Source of the DNA: Pocillopora damicornis
Lineage: Eukaryota
Direction: 5' to 3'
Assembly: GCF_003704095.1 (NCBI RefSeq)
Contig: NW_020847441.1
Location: 1-63,548 of the forward strand
Length of the DNA stretch: 63,548 nt
Part shown: positions 11,801-25,483 of the stretch, piece after piece
Numbering within the stretch: position 1 is the first letter of the stretch
How the letters are laid out: each line of letters begins with the position of its first letter
Position numbers and translations under genes: made by a program
Notes under the pieces: model-generated
What the model saw: only the letters and a program-made list of their open reading frames with translations
What the model was told of the DNA's origin: nothing
The model's database searches: none

Positions 11801-14137
11801 TCTACTTACTATACAATGTGTGGTCTTGTGTGCCTTTGCAACACAGTATAACTCATATCTATAACCTGAAAATAACCAAAAGTAGAAACATGGTTATTTC
11901 ACTTGCATGGATATGAACAATGTTGTGGTGAATGCAAAATATTTAGATTTCGCATAAATAGGTCTTATATTTTTGCACCCATTAAATTACACTTACTTCC
12001 CTCATTTTTACACAATAATTTCCTGTAATGTCTGAGACCTGATTCAAATATGGATGGTCAAGTAGATATTTCAGCGAGTTCTTTAAAATGTGTAATGTTG
12101 GTTACATGTTTTTGCAGTCACAATAAGATATCAAGTTTTGGAGAGCACATGGTCTGTTTTGAGTTTAAGTTTTAGCTTCTGCAAGATTTTCAAACAAGAT
12201 TTCATTTTTTATTAGCAGAACAAGGCACAAAAATCTTGTAAGTATAGATTGGTTTTTGTTTAGCTTTCTAATCCTTTGTGATTTGGTTGTTATTTTGCTT
12301 TATTCAGCGAATTTATGCATTTGATTTCAGTGAATCGTTGCTCATGTAATAACAAAAGTTTACAGTTCAGTGCATATCCAGTTTTCTTCTTGCCACTTTC
12401 TAGTAGTGAACATTGGATTCCTACATTTCCTACACCAATATTTTCCCACTTTATGCAAATTACACCTCCCCCTATATATCAGGTTTCACCCTCCTTTTGG
12501 CAGTGTGTGTAATTTTTGTGTCAATGTACACCTCTTCTCTGTGAGTGTCTTTGAGTCTCATATATTCCCTTGGCGTTTGGTTAGTTTTTGTCCAATAAAT
12601 GTTTACATTAATTTTTCACCTCTTAAATAGTAAATTTTTGTAAAAGTGGTTTTTCTATTCCTTAGGAATTTTACTTCTTCACGTGCATATCAAAGAGTAG
12701 TAAAATTTAATGCTGAGTAAACATGTTGGATTGAAGTGGGCCTGGCTTGCACCTTCACACAGATAGTTACATTGCAACCTGACAAGCAAAAATCTACGAT
12801 CTGCTTCTATATTCAGTGTGTCGATTTAACAATTTATAGATTTCATGTTGCTATGTGCCTGTTCAGCAAAAAGTGGCACACAATTATCGTATTTTAACTT
12901 TTCTGCAATCTATAACCATACAGACCCATGACAACATAGAAACTATTTGTTTTATAAATAAAAAGCAAAATGCTATTAATGCATGGTGACATTATACATA
13001 CATCTATCCTCCAACAGAAAATACACAAGAATCCAACAAAATGTACATATTATTCAACTAATTTTATATAATGTCTGATTCATTTCTTACTCTCCTTATT
13101 CATTATTTTCCTAATTTATTCATTCATTGCAGGTTTATGATTGGTCTAGGTGGAATGAAAATAAAAGTAGCTAAAAAAATAAAAAACACTGCAAATAATC
13201 AGTAAGAGAGTCCTTAAAAAAAGCACCATGCTTAATAGAAAAACAGGAATATGTCCCTTACCAAACCCTTGAACATATACCTCAGCTCCTATCAATGATT
13301 ATCCTATTTAACTCAGGAGTATTGTTTGATTTACATCCAAGCTACATTCACTGAAGTAATAGTTCCCACTGACTGCTAAGTTATGAGTAATTTTATCGTC
13401 CCTGAATATAAAATATTCCTTAATTGTTGTTTCATCCAAAGAAAAATACTTTAAATTACCTTTTATGTAATTGAGGGAGTCCAAAATAACTACATCATCT
13501 CTTGAAATAAGCCTTGTAAGAAAAATGAACACATAACTAAATCAGAATTGGGAATTGAACCAAATTAATTTGGGGAGAAAAATGAGTTGGGGCTGTAGTA
13601 ACTGACTTACCGTAACAGTTGTTTCATCGCTCATTTCAGCTTATCGCTTAAATATATTTATAATATGTTTCTGAAAATAATTAATGACACTTGTCACTAA
13701 GTCAACTGTGATGTTAAAATAAATGGCTACCTTTCCACTGCAGACTTTAAAAGACCTCTTGCTTCCTTTTCATTTGCTGAGGCTGAAACATAAGTTCAAA
13801 ATGACACCAATTGAAAAATGAGTACATTATTGCACATGGTGTGTCGACCTAATCGATGGCAAGGTCATGTTTGACTTCTTTTGGATTCAGTGAAATGCAA
13901 CTAAATGTCCCAGTCTGCAATCATTTTGCGTTTATCGTTATTTACACTGCAATATTTAATTAAGTTAAAATAAATTTAACTTATAATACCTGAATACACA
14001 GAATTTCTGTCCAAAGAGCTACTTTCGTCGCTCGCTAAATAGACAGTTTTCCCCCTGTTTTCCAAGTAATTCCTTAATTCCTGTGCTCTTTTTGACTTTC
14101 CAGAACAAGGAAATCCACACATGATTATTAGTGGCAT
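8802..14137 (-). CDS. KTI12: KTI12 (Elongator-associated P-loop ATPase), 10 exons, 272 aa
   Basis: Exons 14137-13990, 13782-13731, 13512-13460, 11865-11810, 11368-11295, 10759-10684, 10303-10220, 9610-9548, 9239-9171, 8945-8802 total 819 nt in frame. They give MPLIIMCGFPCSGKS..., VILDSLNYIKGYRYELYC, RFEPPDSRNRWDSPLF, NFLYELDKITQEIV and ELRKIRRQFITY, all KTI12 signatures. Confidence 0.95.
8946..9170 (-). other. U12-type (minor spliceosome) AT-AC intron of KTI12
   Basis: 5' site |ATATCCTTTT (9170-9161), branch point TTCCTTAAC (8968-8960), 3' AC| (8947-8946). Splicing keeps the frame: ...GTSEK|VVLDR... Confidence 0.9.
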
Positions 14138-14302
14138 CTTAAACACATATATTCCGCCAATTTGAAGAGGAGTTCACGATAGTATTTCACAAGACACTTC
14201 GGCCGCCATATTGAAACCGGAAAGTTTATATATAGACATGATATCCTTATATGGAAATACTCCCTCCAGTGCTCCCGGTCAAACCCATTTCACTTTTCGA
14301 AC
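14138..14302. promoter_or_regulatory. Compact bidirectional promoter between KTI12 and the thioredoxin-domain gene
   Basis: Only 165 bp separate the divergent ATGs. YY1-like CCGCCATATT (14203-14212), AACATGGCGG overlapping the + strand ATG, and ETS-like CCGGAA at ~14217. Confidence 0.65.
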
Positions 14303-17017
14303 ATGGCGGACATTGTGAGCTTCATCAGACTTTGTACATTGCTTCAGCTTGTTGTGTGTCAATTTTGTTGGTGTGATAGTTCTGTTAAAATCCTCGATGA
14401 TAGTTCTTTTGAGCACTTGACTCAAGCCTCAACGGGAGCAACAACTGGAGATTGGTTGATAGTTTTGTAAGTTTTTATTTCTTTCTTTCTGTTCATGAGG
14501 ATTTGCTATTTTCTTTTCACTGTCTTCGGATAATAATTTAAAACACTAAAATGCTTTTGTTCTTGTCGTCTTCATATCCCTAATATGCAGCTCTTTCACT
14601 GAACGGGATCCAGAGTGTGTACAATGCAAGAAAGCAGATGAGGCAGTTGAGAAAAGTCAAGAACGGTATGTATACTCTCGAAGATTATTTGCGCTTCAAT
14701 ATGTTTGTGTTAGTTACTTCCATGGGCTTATAGGTACCATGATTATCGTTGATCAGTTTGGTCTCGAATAAATTTGCAAGGGATTTAACTTTCCCTGGAT
14801 GTTAGTCTTTTTGTTTTGTTTGTTTGTTTGTTTGTTTTTTTCATATTTTTCTGGGAAAAAAGTGTTTACACTTTATTTGCCCAAAACAAATCAACCATCC
14901 AAAGCTAAACTGGAGTAATTCTCAATTCAGGGTCCAATCTTCAAATTAATTGCCCGTCCCTGCATCTTCAATCAATACATGTATAAATCTGTTAAATCTG
15001 TCAACCAGGTAACTGGGTGTCGTTTTAAGGAGTTACACATACAGGTTTTCTTTTTTTTACTTCACATTTTAGGTTGGGCCACAAGTTGAATTTTGCCAGA
15101 GTGTTACCACCTAGAAGTAAATGTAAGTTTGAATTTTGTAGATCACCTTTTCTAATTTGCAAATGGCAATTTAGTTACTTTGTGAATTTGGCATGATGTT
15201 AATTGCCATTATAGGTAGATTAAGTCTGCCAGTCTATCACTACGTTGGTCAGTCTGATCAGTCCGACACCGAGCCAGGCAATCTGTAAGTCAGTCAGCTA
15301 GCTCATCAGGCAATCATCTGTTAAGGCATCGTACTAGCCAGCCAGCCATTCAGTCAAGGAAACAGACGATCATTTAGAAAAGTCAACCAGTCAGTATATC
15401 CCCACTCAATACTTTTTCATTCAGTTATTAGGCTAGATACTATTAGCAACCATAACAGGGATTTTTAATACTTTAGAATCCACCATTGCTCAGTGAATTA
15501 TTTACCATTTCATTGTTAGACCCAGCTGATGTCCAACCTTAAACTTTTTGATTTTCAGTGACACTTAGAAGATTCGATGTTCACAAATGGCCAACTGTTC
15601 TTCTGTAAGTTCTCCAGAATGATTTTTGACACCAGCAGTTTGATACTAATTAAATAGAGGGTGATCCTTGTATCTTGTTTCAATTCATTAAAAGAGCCTT
15701 GGCTTTCTCTTTGGTAAAACGAAACACACTGATAAATAGATTAGCACCCACATTATCACAATTTGCAGCTGTATGTCTGTTTGAGTAGAGAAGATTTATT
15801 ATTGGTAACCATAACTTTGTCATATCCTTTTTGTATAATTAAGGAATTATCATGGAAGGTTATCATGAACTTAAGGCTCAAATGGTTTAAAACTAGATTA
15901 ATTAAAATTTACCTTAAAGATGTTGGAAATGATGATAAATTATGCCAGGAACAAAGGAAACTACATATTGAATAAGTCTGAAATCACTTGCACCTGGTCC
16001 TGATTGTCAACGCTAAACTTCATCAGATAAATCACTTTTTGGTGGATAGAGCACAGTGCATTTTTTTGTCTCATCTCTGCTGGATAGTGATATACATGTA
16101 TCCAGTGGATGGCATTTTTCACCCATTTAACAACGAGGCCTTAGAATTTAATTTAAACTATGATGCTCAGACTTGTGGAAAATCTCACAGTTGTGACTTT
16201 GAAATGCTGACATCTCTTACCTTGTTTTTAATTTTTTCAGCCTTAAACAGGGCAAACAATATCATTACTCATCAGAGAATCTTGATGCAGAGTCTTTTGT
16301 AAATTTTGTCGAAGAAGGTTACAAGCTGGCAGCAGTTACACCAGTACCACCTCCTATAGGAAAATTGTAAGTACCGGTATTAGTTACACTTGTCTACAAA
16401 TTCATGTTCATATAGTTTTTCAGCTTGGGTATTTCACTTATATCAACTCAGTTGGTAAAACAAAATTATCTTGTAAAACCCATCACAGATGTATCACCTC
16501 AGTGTCTTTGGAAATTTACCCCCTGTATAATTAACAATTGAGANNNNNNNNNNNNNNNNNNNNNNNNNNNNNNNNNNNNNNNNNNNNNNNNNNNNNNNNN
16601 NNNNNNNNNNNNNNNNNNNNNNNNNNNNNNNNNNNNNNNNNNNTGAGATAAAACATAGCTCTCTTAATGAAATTCATGTAAGGATTAGCAAAGAATTGAA
16701 CTGGTTTGAAAAACTTTAAACTTAGATAAAATTTTAGCAAATACAAGTTCTGATTTAGTGACTTTGACGAGTGAAATTAATACTTCTTATTCCATCACCA
16801 GCACATTATAATGCTGAGAAAAAATGCAGCTGCCATGATTTTTATTGCGGGAATACTGTTTGGTCTAATGATCACACCAGTACTTAAATTGTTGGTGGTA
16901 TGTCTCTACAACTCGTTCCTACAAGAACCAGACTCAGACCAAAACTTTGAAGATGAGGGTTTGGGAAAAGATGAAGTTGATGAAGATGAAGAAGAGGAAG
17001 AAAAGAAAGACAGATGA
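14303..17017 (+). CDS. ER thioredoxin-domain type I membrane protein (TMX/PDI-like, '[16 protein letters not shown]' family)
   Basis: Exons 14303-14466, 14591-14665, 15073-15122, 15559-15604, 16241-16366 and 16802-17017; one phase-2-to-0 exon is presumably in gap 16544-16643. Features: signal peptide, [25 protein letters not shown], CxxC (CVQC), [16 protein letters not shown] helix, acidic tail ending KKDR* (KKxx ER retrieval). Confidence 0.85.
15225..15395. repeat. Degenerate (CAGT/CAGC)n microsatellite in an intron
   Basis: Recurrent gtca/cagt/cagc tetramers. Confidence 0.5.
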
Positions 17018-17341
17018 AATGGCCAACTGTTGTGAACTTGATACATATAATGCTCTATCAGATCTCTCAGACCATCTTAGAACTTGGGTTCTATAAGATG
17101 TTTATAGACCATATTATTCTAACCAGTTCCAAAGGAGATTATTCTTGCTTACATTGAGGCCTCTAATGAACCTTAGATTGACTTATTACTTCTGTGTTGA
17201 ATCGTCTCTAGAGACTTATTTATTACTAGTTGTTTAGTATACACACAAAGAAGATCTTTTCATAGCTTTTCTGATAAATTCCAATCAGCACTAGAAGAAC
17301 GTTATATTTAAGAAACTATCAAACAATTATTTTACAAACAT

Positions 17342-17610
17342 ATTTCATGTTTCCGTGCGTCTATTTAGTAAAAGATCACAGGTAACGTCAAAATATGATC
17401 AGAACAAACACGTGGCACATGAGGCGTAGCCCAGTGTGTCACTGATAGTCTTACCACAATTTGAGGTCTTTTGTGAACTATTACGGAACAGACCAACGGT
17501 AATAAGGAAACTATTTGTTTTATGTTTATTAGAAAGAAGCAAAATTTGTAGATGTTAATGGCATCTATACGACTATCCTCGAATAGATCATGAGTAGGAG
17601 CCAATCACAA
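17342..17610. repeat. Interspersed repeat family, with diverged copies near 12840-13050 and 36490-36640
   Basis: Shared segments tttcatgtt..tg..tgttcag, ttctg(t)gatcta(t)tac..acaga and aaactatttgttttat across the three locations (visual alignment). Confidence 0.5.
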
Positions 17611-19131
17611 GTTGTGTTTACACTGTTATTTGGCCTATTATCTAACAACATAAACAATTATCTAACATAGAGTATGTTTATGGCGTAATATGCAGATAAA
17701 TTCCTATTAAAACATGACAAACACCTCAGTATCAGTTGAAGAAGTCACTGATCCCTGCCTAGCTCGTCCATATTAATTAATAGCCAACATCTGTCGTGAT
17801 GATTTTTTCTTTATTGTCGACTTCTTAGCTTTTTTGCACGTGTAAAAACTTTCATCTTTCATATTCGTTGTTTCCGATTAAAGAGAAAAAAAAATTCTAG
17901 GATCTCAATTTACACGGGAGCTTTCACAATTTTTTACTTCTGCTTTCGGAAGCCCGTTGCTTTCGAAACCTGGTATTAGTGTTTTATCATCTGTCGATCG
18001 ATGAGGACTAAAGAACTTTCAGATGCCATCTTTCAGGCTAAAGTTCACACAGCTTGTCATTGCCGTCATATGACGATTTGTATTTCAAAGCTTCATTTTA
18101 AACTAATGCAAAGGTTAGAAATGAGTCGACTCGTGATGTCCATATGCTCCGCAGTCATTTAAGTTATGAGTTAAACTAAGAAAGGTTGGCGAGAGCAACT
18201 TTCATTTGGGTATAAAACCCTGTGTTGCGCGTGACTTCTACGCTTCTACTCCGATTTCTCGTACCTGTCATCGCGTCCTTTGTCTTAACAGTTTTTACAT
18301 AGTTGCAGTCAGCCTCATTTGTGATCTGACATGAAAGGTCACATTCATCGTCTATTTTTGACCGCTGTAAGGATCTCCGATACCATGATTAAAGGTATTC
18401 CCCCCGCCTCACATAGAAAATGAAATGAAATAAATAATTAAATAAAGGCTTCGGCTAAAAAAGTCAAAAATGTTTTAGTTGAAACCAGCCTTTTTTTCCC
18501 TTTTAGAATGGTCTCCGATTTGCCACACGTCCCAGCTAGACCTTACATAACCTCAAACTCTCCAGGGAATACAATTGGCAAGGTAACATAATCAATTGTC
18601 CTTTCTTTTTTCACTTTCCCACCCCTTGAGTGAGTAGCTCATGTAAACATGTGCCCAGACATATTTTCTGTATCCTCCATCGAAAACCGGGGCTCTCTGA
18701 GTGTTCTTTTAACTCCGAAATGTACCATATGGGCTTTCATTTCATTAATAACAATCTCGAAACGTTGAATGTTTGCCAAATCACCGCGATATGCGGATAA
18801 AGACAGGAAGGGGAGGGTAGGCTATTTATAATGGTTTTCTAATTATTGACTCATTGGAATGCTAATGAGCTTTCTAACGCATACTCACATGTTGTCAAGC
18901 TGTAAACAGATCTCACTGAAAATTGTAGCGCATGTCGCATTCACATCGCCTGCAGGGTCTCTTGCCGCAGCCATTTCAGTTTTTTTTTTCATATTGCTAG
19001 CACAATCCATACACAGAAAAATAACCCCATTTTTAATCAAGATTTTTACTTCATCGAAGCGCTCTACAAAGAATTTCGTGAGCAGATCCTGAAGGATTAT
19101 TGCGAGTGTTTACGAGGAAGACAATTTGTTC

Positions 19132-19185
19132 ATGGCGATGAGTTTTGGTTCGTGTTTCGGCGCCCGGTCCCGAGCACCCGAAATG
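19132..19185 (+). CDS. Putative alternative first coding exon of CDC42SE
   Basis: ATG in catATGG-like context (ttcATGGCG). MAMSFGSCFGARSRAPEM|gtaagt is 54 nt, phase 0, and joins exon 21006 (KRRRIDRS...) in frame. Confidence 0.55.
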
Positions 19186-20850
19186 GTAAGTAGCGAATGT
19201 AGTCTTCGAAATTACAATTCTCTATTACCAAATTGGCCGAGGTTCCAGTTGATGATTATTTATGTACGTCGCCTTAAGTTGTGTAACCTTCATGGGTACA
19301 TTATAAATCAACTCTTTTGAAATACTCAGCATATACAGGACCGAGATCTATTCGATCGATATATGTCCAACTTTAAGGAATCTAGCGCCACTGTGTCGGT
19401 GGAATGTTTTACGTTAGTAAGTGGCAACATTATGACTGTTTGATATCAAATACTTTGGCAAATATTGCCCATGTTTCGCACATTTCCATTCCTGGAGAGC
19501 GTGGCAAATCTTTATTGCGTTCGGTGCTAAATGCTGAGTAAATTCACAGTCATTTGTCGTAATTTTACTTTTATAATGTATCGCTCCAAATAGTACGCCA
19601 TTTTCTTGCAGTTTTAACTTCAAGGCATAAGGTATAAAGCGAGAAATACTTCGGGAAGGTTCAGCAGTGTTTTCGAACCTTCCATAACAATCCACCCTGT
19701 CAGACTTGTTGCTCTCTGTCACACAATGGCGAATATGGAAATTACATGAATCTGTTAAAATTGTTTTACCCTCTCCAAAGATTTTGTTCAGTTATCGTTC
19801 TATATCATTGATTGGACTTTATTTCATGGCTCATTTCGGCTTGGACAAAACAAAACTTAAATTAAATGTCCGCGACGAAGTATTGTGGTTTTCATAATAA
19901 TTTGGTTGTCAAATTTTCGACTCTAGGTGAGAAAAGACCAGATAACGCGGATTTACACGTATCAATCTCCTACCTATTATGGGTTTGAAAGAATCACTAA
20001 CAACTTCGTAATAATTAAGACGTGTGTGCGAGAGAATGTGTTACAAAATTCCAGAAGAGCTTTGTTCCTTAACAAAATGCCCTGGAGCAAATTTTAGTGA
20101 CTCTTCGTCAGACCCCCTCGGTGGCAAACAGTTTGGAAAAAAGCATGCGTAAGAGCTAACCACTCTTACGAAGTTTTCGATCCTGTTCCGGATACCTTGT
20201 GATTGGCTTCGAAGAACTTACTTTGTCATCAATTTCGATTCACATCTGTTTGTCATTTACGCCGTGAATTTCCATTTCTGCGCCTTCCGCCAGTAAAGCG
20301 TAACATTATTTTGTTGTTTCTCCTTTGAATACCGATAAAAACAACGTTGCTACGTCTGTAAAATGGCGTGTTATTTCAGTTTGTTTTAAAATCCTATTGG
20401 GTTTTCAATATTGGAAGGATACCGTACTTTAGAAAGTGCCAGTTCAGTCTTAAACAATGACATCATTGTGAAAAGTTTGTATAATTTTTCTCCATGATTA
20501 TTTTGTTCCACGTATGAATCTGTATGGTGTTTTATGTTCGATGATGTAGCTGTTAGTTTTTGTAAGTTTTGTCAATGCATGCTTCAGTAAACTTCAGGAA
20601 ACAGTGGTTTGTAATACTTCAAACAACGCAAACCGGAAGTCAACTAGCATGTGACTTCTGCTACCCACAATGCTATTGGGTAAGACGACCGCACCCTCGT
20701 GGAAGTGTGGGAAGGAAACCGAGGTTGTTTCTCGAACCGTGGAGAGCAATTATGTTTTGAGATAGTCGCGATGACTTTACGTCTGCAGTTTGGGTAAAAA
20801 AAAACTCTTCGTTGTGGCCAGCATCGGTCAGGATCAACCTGATGAGTAAA

Positions 20851-21594
20851 ATGAGCGAATTGTGGTTGTGCTTTCCTTGCTGTGTCACGGAACAGCCGCC
20901 GCCGGTAGATCGAATATGCTCGTCTTTTCATTCCTTGGTTCGACTAACCATTTCATCGATTCAATATTGCGATCCAAAGACTGAACATTCTCTCTTTATT
21001 TGCAGAAAAGACGAAGAATAGACAGAAGTATGATTGGAGAACCCATGGATTTCAAAGTAAGTGCACTATTTCGGCGATTAGTCCTTGCTTTTACGTGCCA
21101 GTTCAGATCTAAAGTGGTTAACTTCGAATCTTTGATTTTGATCTGAAGCACACGGGTCACATCGGCAGCGGAGACATGGCTTCTGGATCCGATGTAAGTT
21201 AAAATTAACGACATTGTTCTCTCATTAAAACCCTTCTTTGACTTTCTGAGGAAGTAGGCTTTAATTCTTGTTAAGTCATTTATTTACGTTTAACAATTGA
21301 CTTCGAAATGAACGCAGTTTTGATTTTGTGGCATTCTTGTAAACCAACCTCTTTCGAGTAAAACTACGAATTTCCTCGTGGCGATACATGTTGTTCTCTT
21401 TCAATTTTAGTTTATTTTATCAATAGCGAGTGTTGACTGAGGGCAGCTACAATCTCACGATGTTAATCTTCTTTTCTTTCTCGTTTTAGCTCGGTTCGAT
21501 TCAATGTCAAATGCAATCGAAAGGTGGATATAAAGGCATTAGCGTACCAGTAACGTGCACTCCAGCAGGAATTCCAGTGGGCGGGCAGAGTTAA
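20851..21594 (+). CDS. CDC42SE: CDC42 small effector protein (SPEC), CRIB domain
   Basis: Exons 20851-20904, 21006-21056, 21149-21193, 21490-21594 give [64 protein letters not shown]...*, closely matching CDC42SE2 ([36 protein letters not shown]). A further donor at ~21619 suggests a 3'UTR intron. Confidence 0.93.
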
Positions 21595-24500
21595 TCGCGT
21601 ATATTCTTGTAGAATACAGTAAGTTCTGCTTTGTTTTTTCCTTTTCGTTTATTTTACGAGAGTTTAAGTAATCAAAGTTCGTTGATGAAATTTATTTGCA
21701 CTTCAAGCAACTTTGCTCAATCAATTTTCGCTTTCGTTGCATCGCTACTGCCATGCAGATATTTTAACTTTGGTGTTATTTAAGGTTATTTGTGATACTG
21801 TCAGGCAGTGTTATTTAAAAATTTTGTATCCGTTATTATTAAAAGAACAGGATGTGTAAAGATATTTCATCTTTATAACGTAATTCCTACGTACACTGTA
21901 GGCGAGAATAATTTGACTTTAAGAATTTCAAAACCCATATTTTAGCATTGATTTTATATTTAAACTCAGCACTAAACTGTCATGAACTCATGAAAAGGAC
22001 ATGTTGAAGAGTTCAGAGGTATACAACATTACTATCATAGATTATAATATGAAGTGTCTTTGGAAGAAAATTTTCTTCCTTTTCAAGTTAAAATATGCAT
22101 TGTCTGTTGGCAACTCCAAACAATGAGTTTTGATATTGATGTTTCTCCCCTTTGTTCTACTCTCTGAGAATGTGACATATACTTCCCGTGAGAAGGTTGT
22201 TCATTAGATGTCAGTGATTGTGGAATATTCAAACCACTAAGTTGACCTCTTGGCTGAATTTTGATGATTTGAAGTCCTTTTTATTCACCTCTAGAAACTA
22301 GTATGTGTTAACTTGACCCTGTTCCTCTGTTATTTAATTTCTGAAATGAAAACTCTGGAACAGGTGTGCAACTGCTCAAATTAAATGATATTCTGGAAAA
22401 GGGCTGTGATGCCATTAAAAGGATGAATTTTCAGTCATTCTAACTTAATTGTCTTTGAGTGATATGTAAATCCTCTCATGATTCACTTTAAGTGAAGACA
22501 AGGATTTACAAGAAGGAAGTTATCTTGCTAAAAGTTACATGAGGATGAAAAGGAAATGTGGCATTTTCAAAATGACTTCACATCAAAATCTTAGATGTCT
22601 GTGGTTTCTTTATTATATGCCAGACTCAGATTAAATGCCAACCTTATTTAAATGCAGGGTAAAACTGCTGCTTTAGAAATAAGATTTATGAGCTGCCTTC
22701 TTGAGGCCCCTGGAATTAAAGGAAGTACAGGCCTTTTTACTTGTGGTAAACTGCACTCTTGAAAAGCCCTGTTGGTTATTTTATACACCAAAGTCCGCCA
22801 GGGAAAAGTATTATTTGAAGGGATGGTTTTTATATATTGGATAATGGAAAAAGTTGTGCTGCCTTGACTAACTACCCTTTACATATCAGAGAGTAAGCAA
22901 TTATAATTTATCTTGAAAAATGACTTAGAATTGCACTCAATATAAAATGCAGAGCCATATAAATCATGGTTTCTCCTGGCTAAGTTTGAAGGGAATACTG
23001 GTCGCATTGAATCAAGATATATACAGAACTATTCTACTTGCATCAGATTACACCTATGTAGAAAGAAAATGTCACATTTAGCAAAATTAAGAGAAGGGGG
23101 AGATAAATGAACTTTTAGGATCATGTTTTGGTTTTGTTATGATAACATTGTTCAGAACAAACCAACAACTAAAGTAATCATGCATTAGGAGTGAGTTATT
23201 GTATTACTTTTGCTGCAAAATAGTACTGCTATGTACAATGTCTGTGAACATTGCATGTAGAGGAAACTGCACCAGTTTTTGTTTTTTCAGAGTGTGACAA
23301 AAAGACCCAAGTGTCTAATGTAGTGCTTTATTAATTAGACTTTCTTACTGTCCAAACTGATAAGAGTGAATGAATTGCAGACATGGTTACTTTACATACT
23401 ATACCATTACATTTGAAATACATGCATTCAGGGCTTTTTCACCCAATCAAAATCAGTCAAACATTCTTGCTCTAAGAATAGTGTTTTGGCTCAAACCCTC
23501 TGTTATTTAAGAGTGTGCATAAGATTATGAAACATGTCTGGGAATGAAGTAATTATTTTGATGTTATCTCACTTGCACCAGTTGCAAATATTACAGCTAA
23601 TTTTACTGTAACTTATGTTTACTTGTGGCATCTAATTGTCACCTGTTTTGTTCCACTTTTTTTCAGATTACACTGTTTTTGAGGAATCAACAAAATGAAA
23701 AGAAAAGATTTCAGAAGAAGTGGCATTACAATACAAATATGAAAATAATAGACTTCTAAATGTATTGCAAAGGCGAGAATTGGAGTGGCATGTGATTCCA
23801 GTTGTAAATAATAGACCAATTTGAGTAGCGTGTTTTTATATGACATTAGAATTAGTTTCATAATATTATTATAAATACCTAAAGATCTCCCTTAAACTGT
23901 TAGCTGTGTATCATAGCTAGCCTAGAATAGTCATCGTACATACAGTTTTTGATTACAACCACTCAGCTTTTTATTTTTTTTTTTTGCTCAGGAAATATTT
24001 TAATTGTCTCTACCTTGTTACCACTCCATTGTTGCACAACCAGTTTTCATTGGTCATTTTCTTCTTACAGTAACAAGAGTACCATCACTTGGATATGATT
24101 ATTTGCTATTTTCGTATGATCAACATGCTTCTCATTGTATTTATATTATGAAGAAAAATGTTTGTTGATTTTTGTTTTGCCTAGAGGGTTTTAGAATAAC
24201 TCGGCATCTTTTGTAGTACCAAACTTGTGAGGAAAATAATCCTTTGCTGCCAAATATTTGATGTTACTGTACATAAATAGTTAAGAAATCAAATTGTGAC
24301 ACAACCCCTTAAATAATGAATGAGGAAGAACATTGAATTGAAGAAGATGTATCTACTAGAAAGCAGCTAAGGAGATTTGCAAAATGTGGATTGGAATTGA
24401 ATTCGACTTTTGGAATATAGGTAGTAAAATTACTCTTGTGAGGTTTTTTGTGTTTATATTTTTATTTACTTCTGCAAGTCGTGCAAGATGTCTCATTTTT

Positions 24501-25483
24501 TTTCCTTTTTTTTTTTCTCTTGCTGGATTTTTTTTTTTCGTCAGTGGTATTTGATTCGAAGCTATTTGTGAATATATTTGGCAAAAGAAATTACTATCGG
24601 GTATAAGTGGGACGGAGTTAAACATGACAATCAAACCGCCCTCTGTCGAGATGGTTTAATTAGAATACTTGGAGAGAGTTGGGTCGGGAGTAAGGGCGCG
24701 ACGCAAGCTTCTGTCGATATTGTGGTGTAATATATTTCTAGCGTGATGAAGGAAGGTCAATTTGTTTACAACGCAAGAAAACCGGCAATAATTAAACTAC
24801 ATTCTCAAATAAGTCATATTTCGAATGTTGACGCTTTTTCCTCCATTAGATCGTAATTATAATCATCGATCAAGGGGATTATCGCGACACACGACTTCGC
24901 TGACAAGATTTAATTCGAACTGACAGAAAACCTATGGGGGTTTTACCATTGATACACTTGGCGCGTTAATATTAAACAATTGTAGATGAAATCTTCAAAT
25001 TTTCTTAAAAATACATAAGATCTAATTGCTAATTTTCATTCGAAGTTTTTTAATCGGAATTTTTTTCCGATCACGACGAACAAAGACGAAATTTCACATG
25101 ATGAGAAAAGAAAAAGATTGATTGGTGATCGAACAATCTTCTACACCCTTTGAATAAAAGGATGAACCGTTTTAAAAAATTGCCGAGTTGCAATAAGGTT
25201 CTCAGAACACGCTTTTTAAATATACAGAAGACAAGACAAATAAAAAATTCTGTTCTTTGTGGTGGAGATAAAATGTAAATTTTATTCAAATTTAGCTTTG
25301 TTCGTAAATTTGAATCACCAACGAAAGTGTTTTCTTTTTAACCTGATCGTGTTTTCCTCCCGATTGATTGACTATTTTGACGCGTTGACTTCGCTAACAG
25401 AGGTGAAATCGATTAGTTCAAAGTTGAAAGCTGTGTGAAAATAACAAGACCGTTTGGGTATCAAAGGAAAGTTGCAAGGTGCA

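Noticed and set aside
18508-18582. ATG-initiated phase-0 segment MVSDLPHVPARPYITSNSPGNTIGK|gtaaca as a third CDC42SE first exon
   Set aside because: Weak donor and no similarity to SPEC N-termini.
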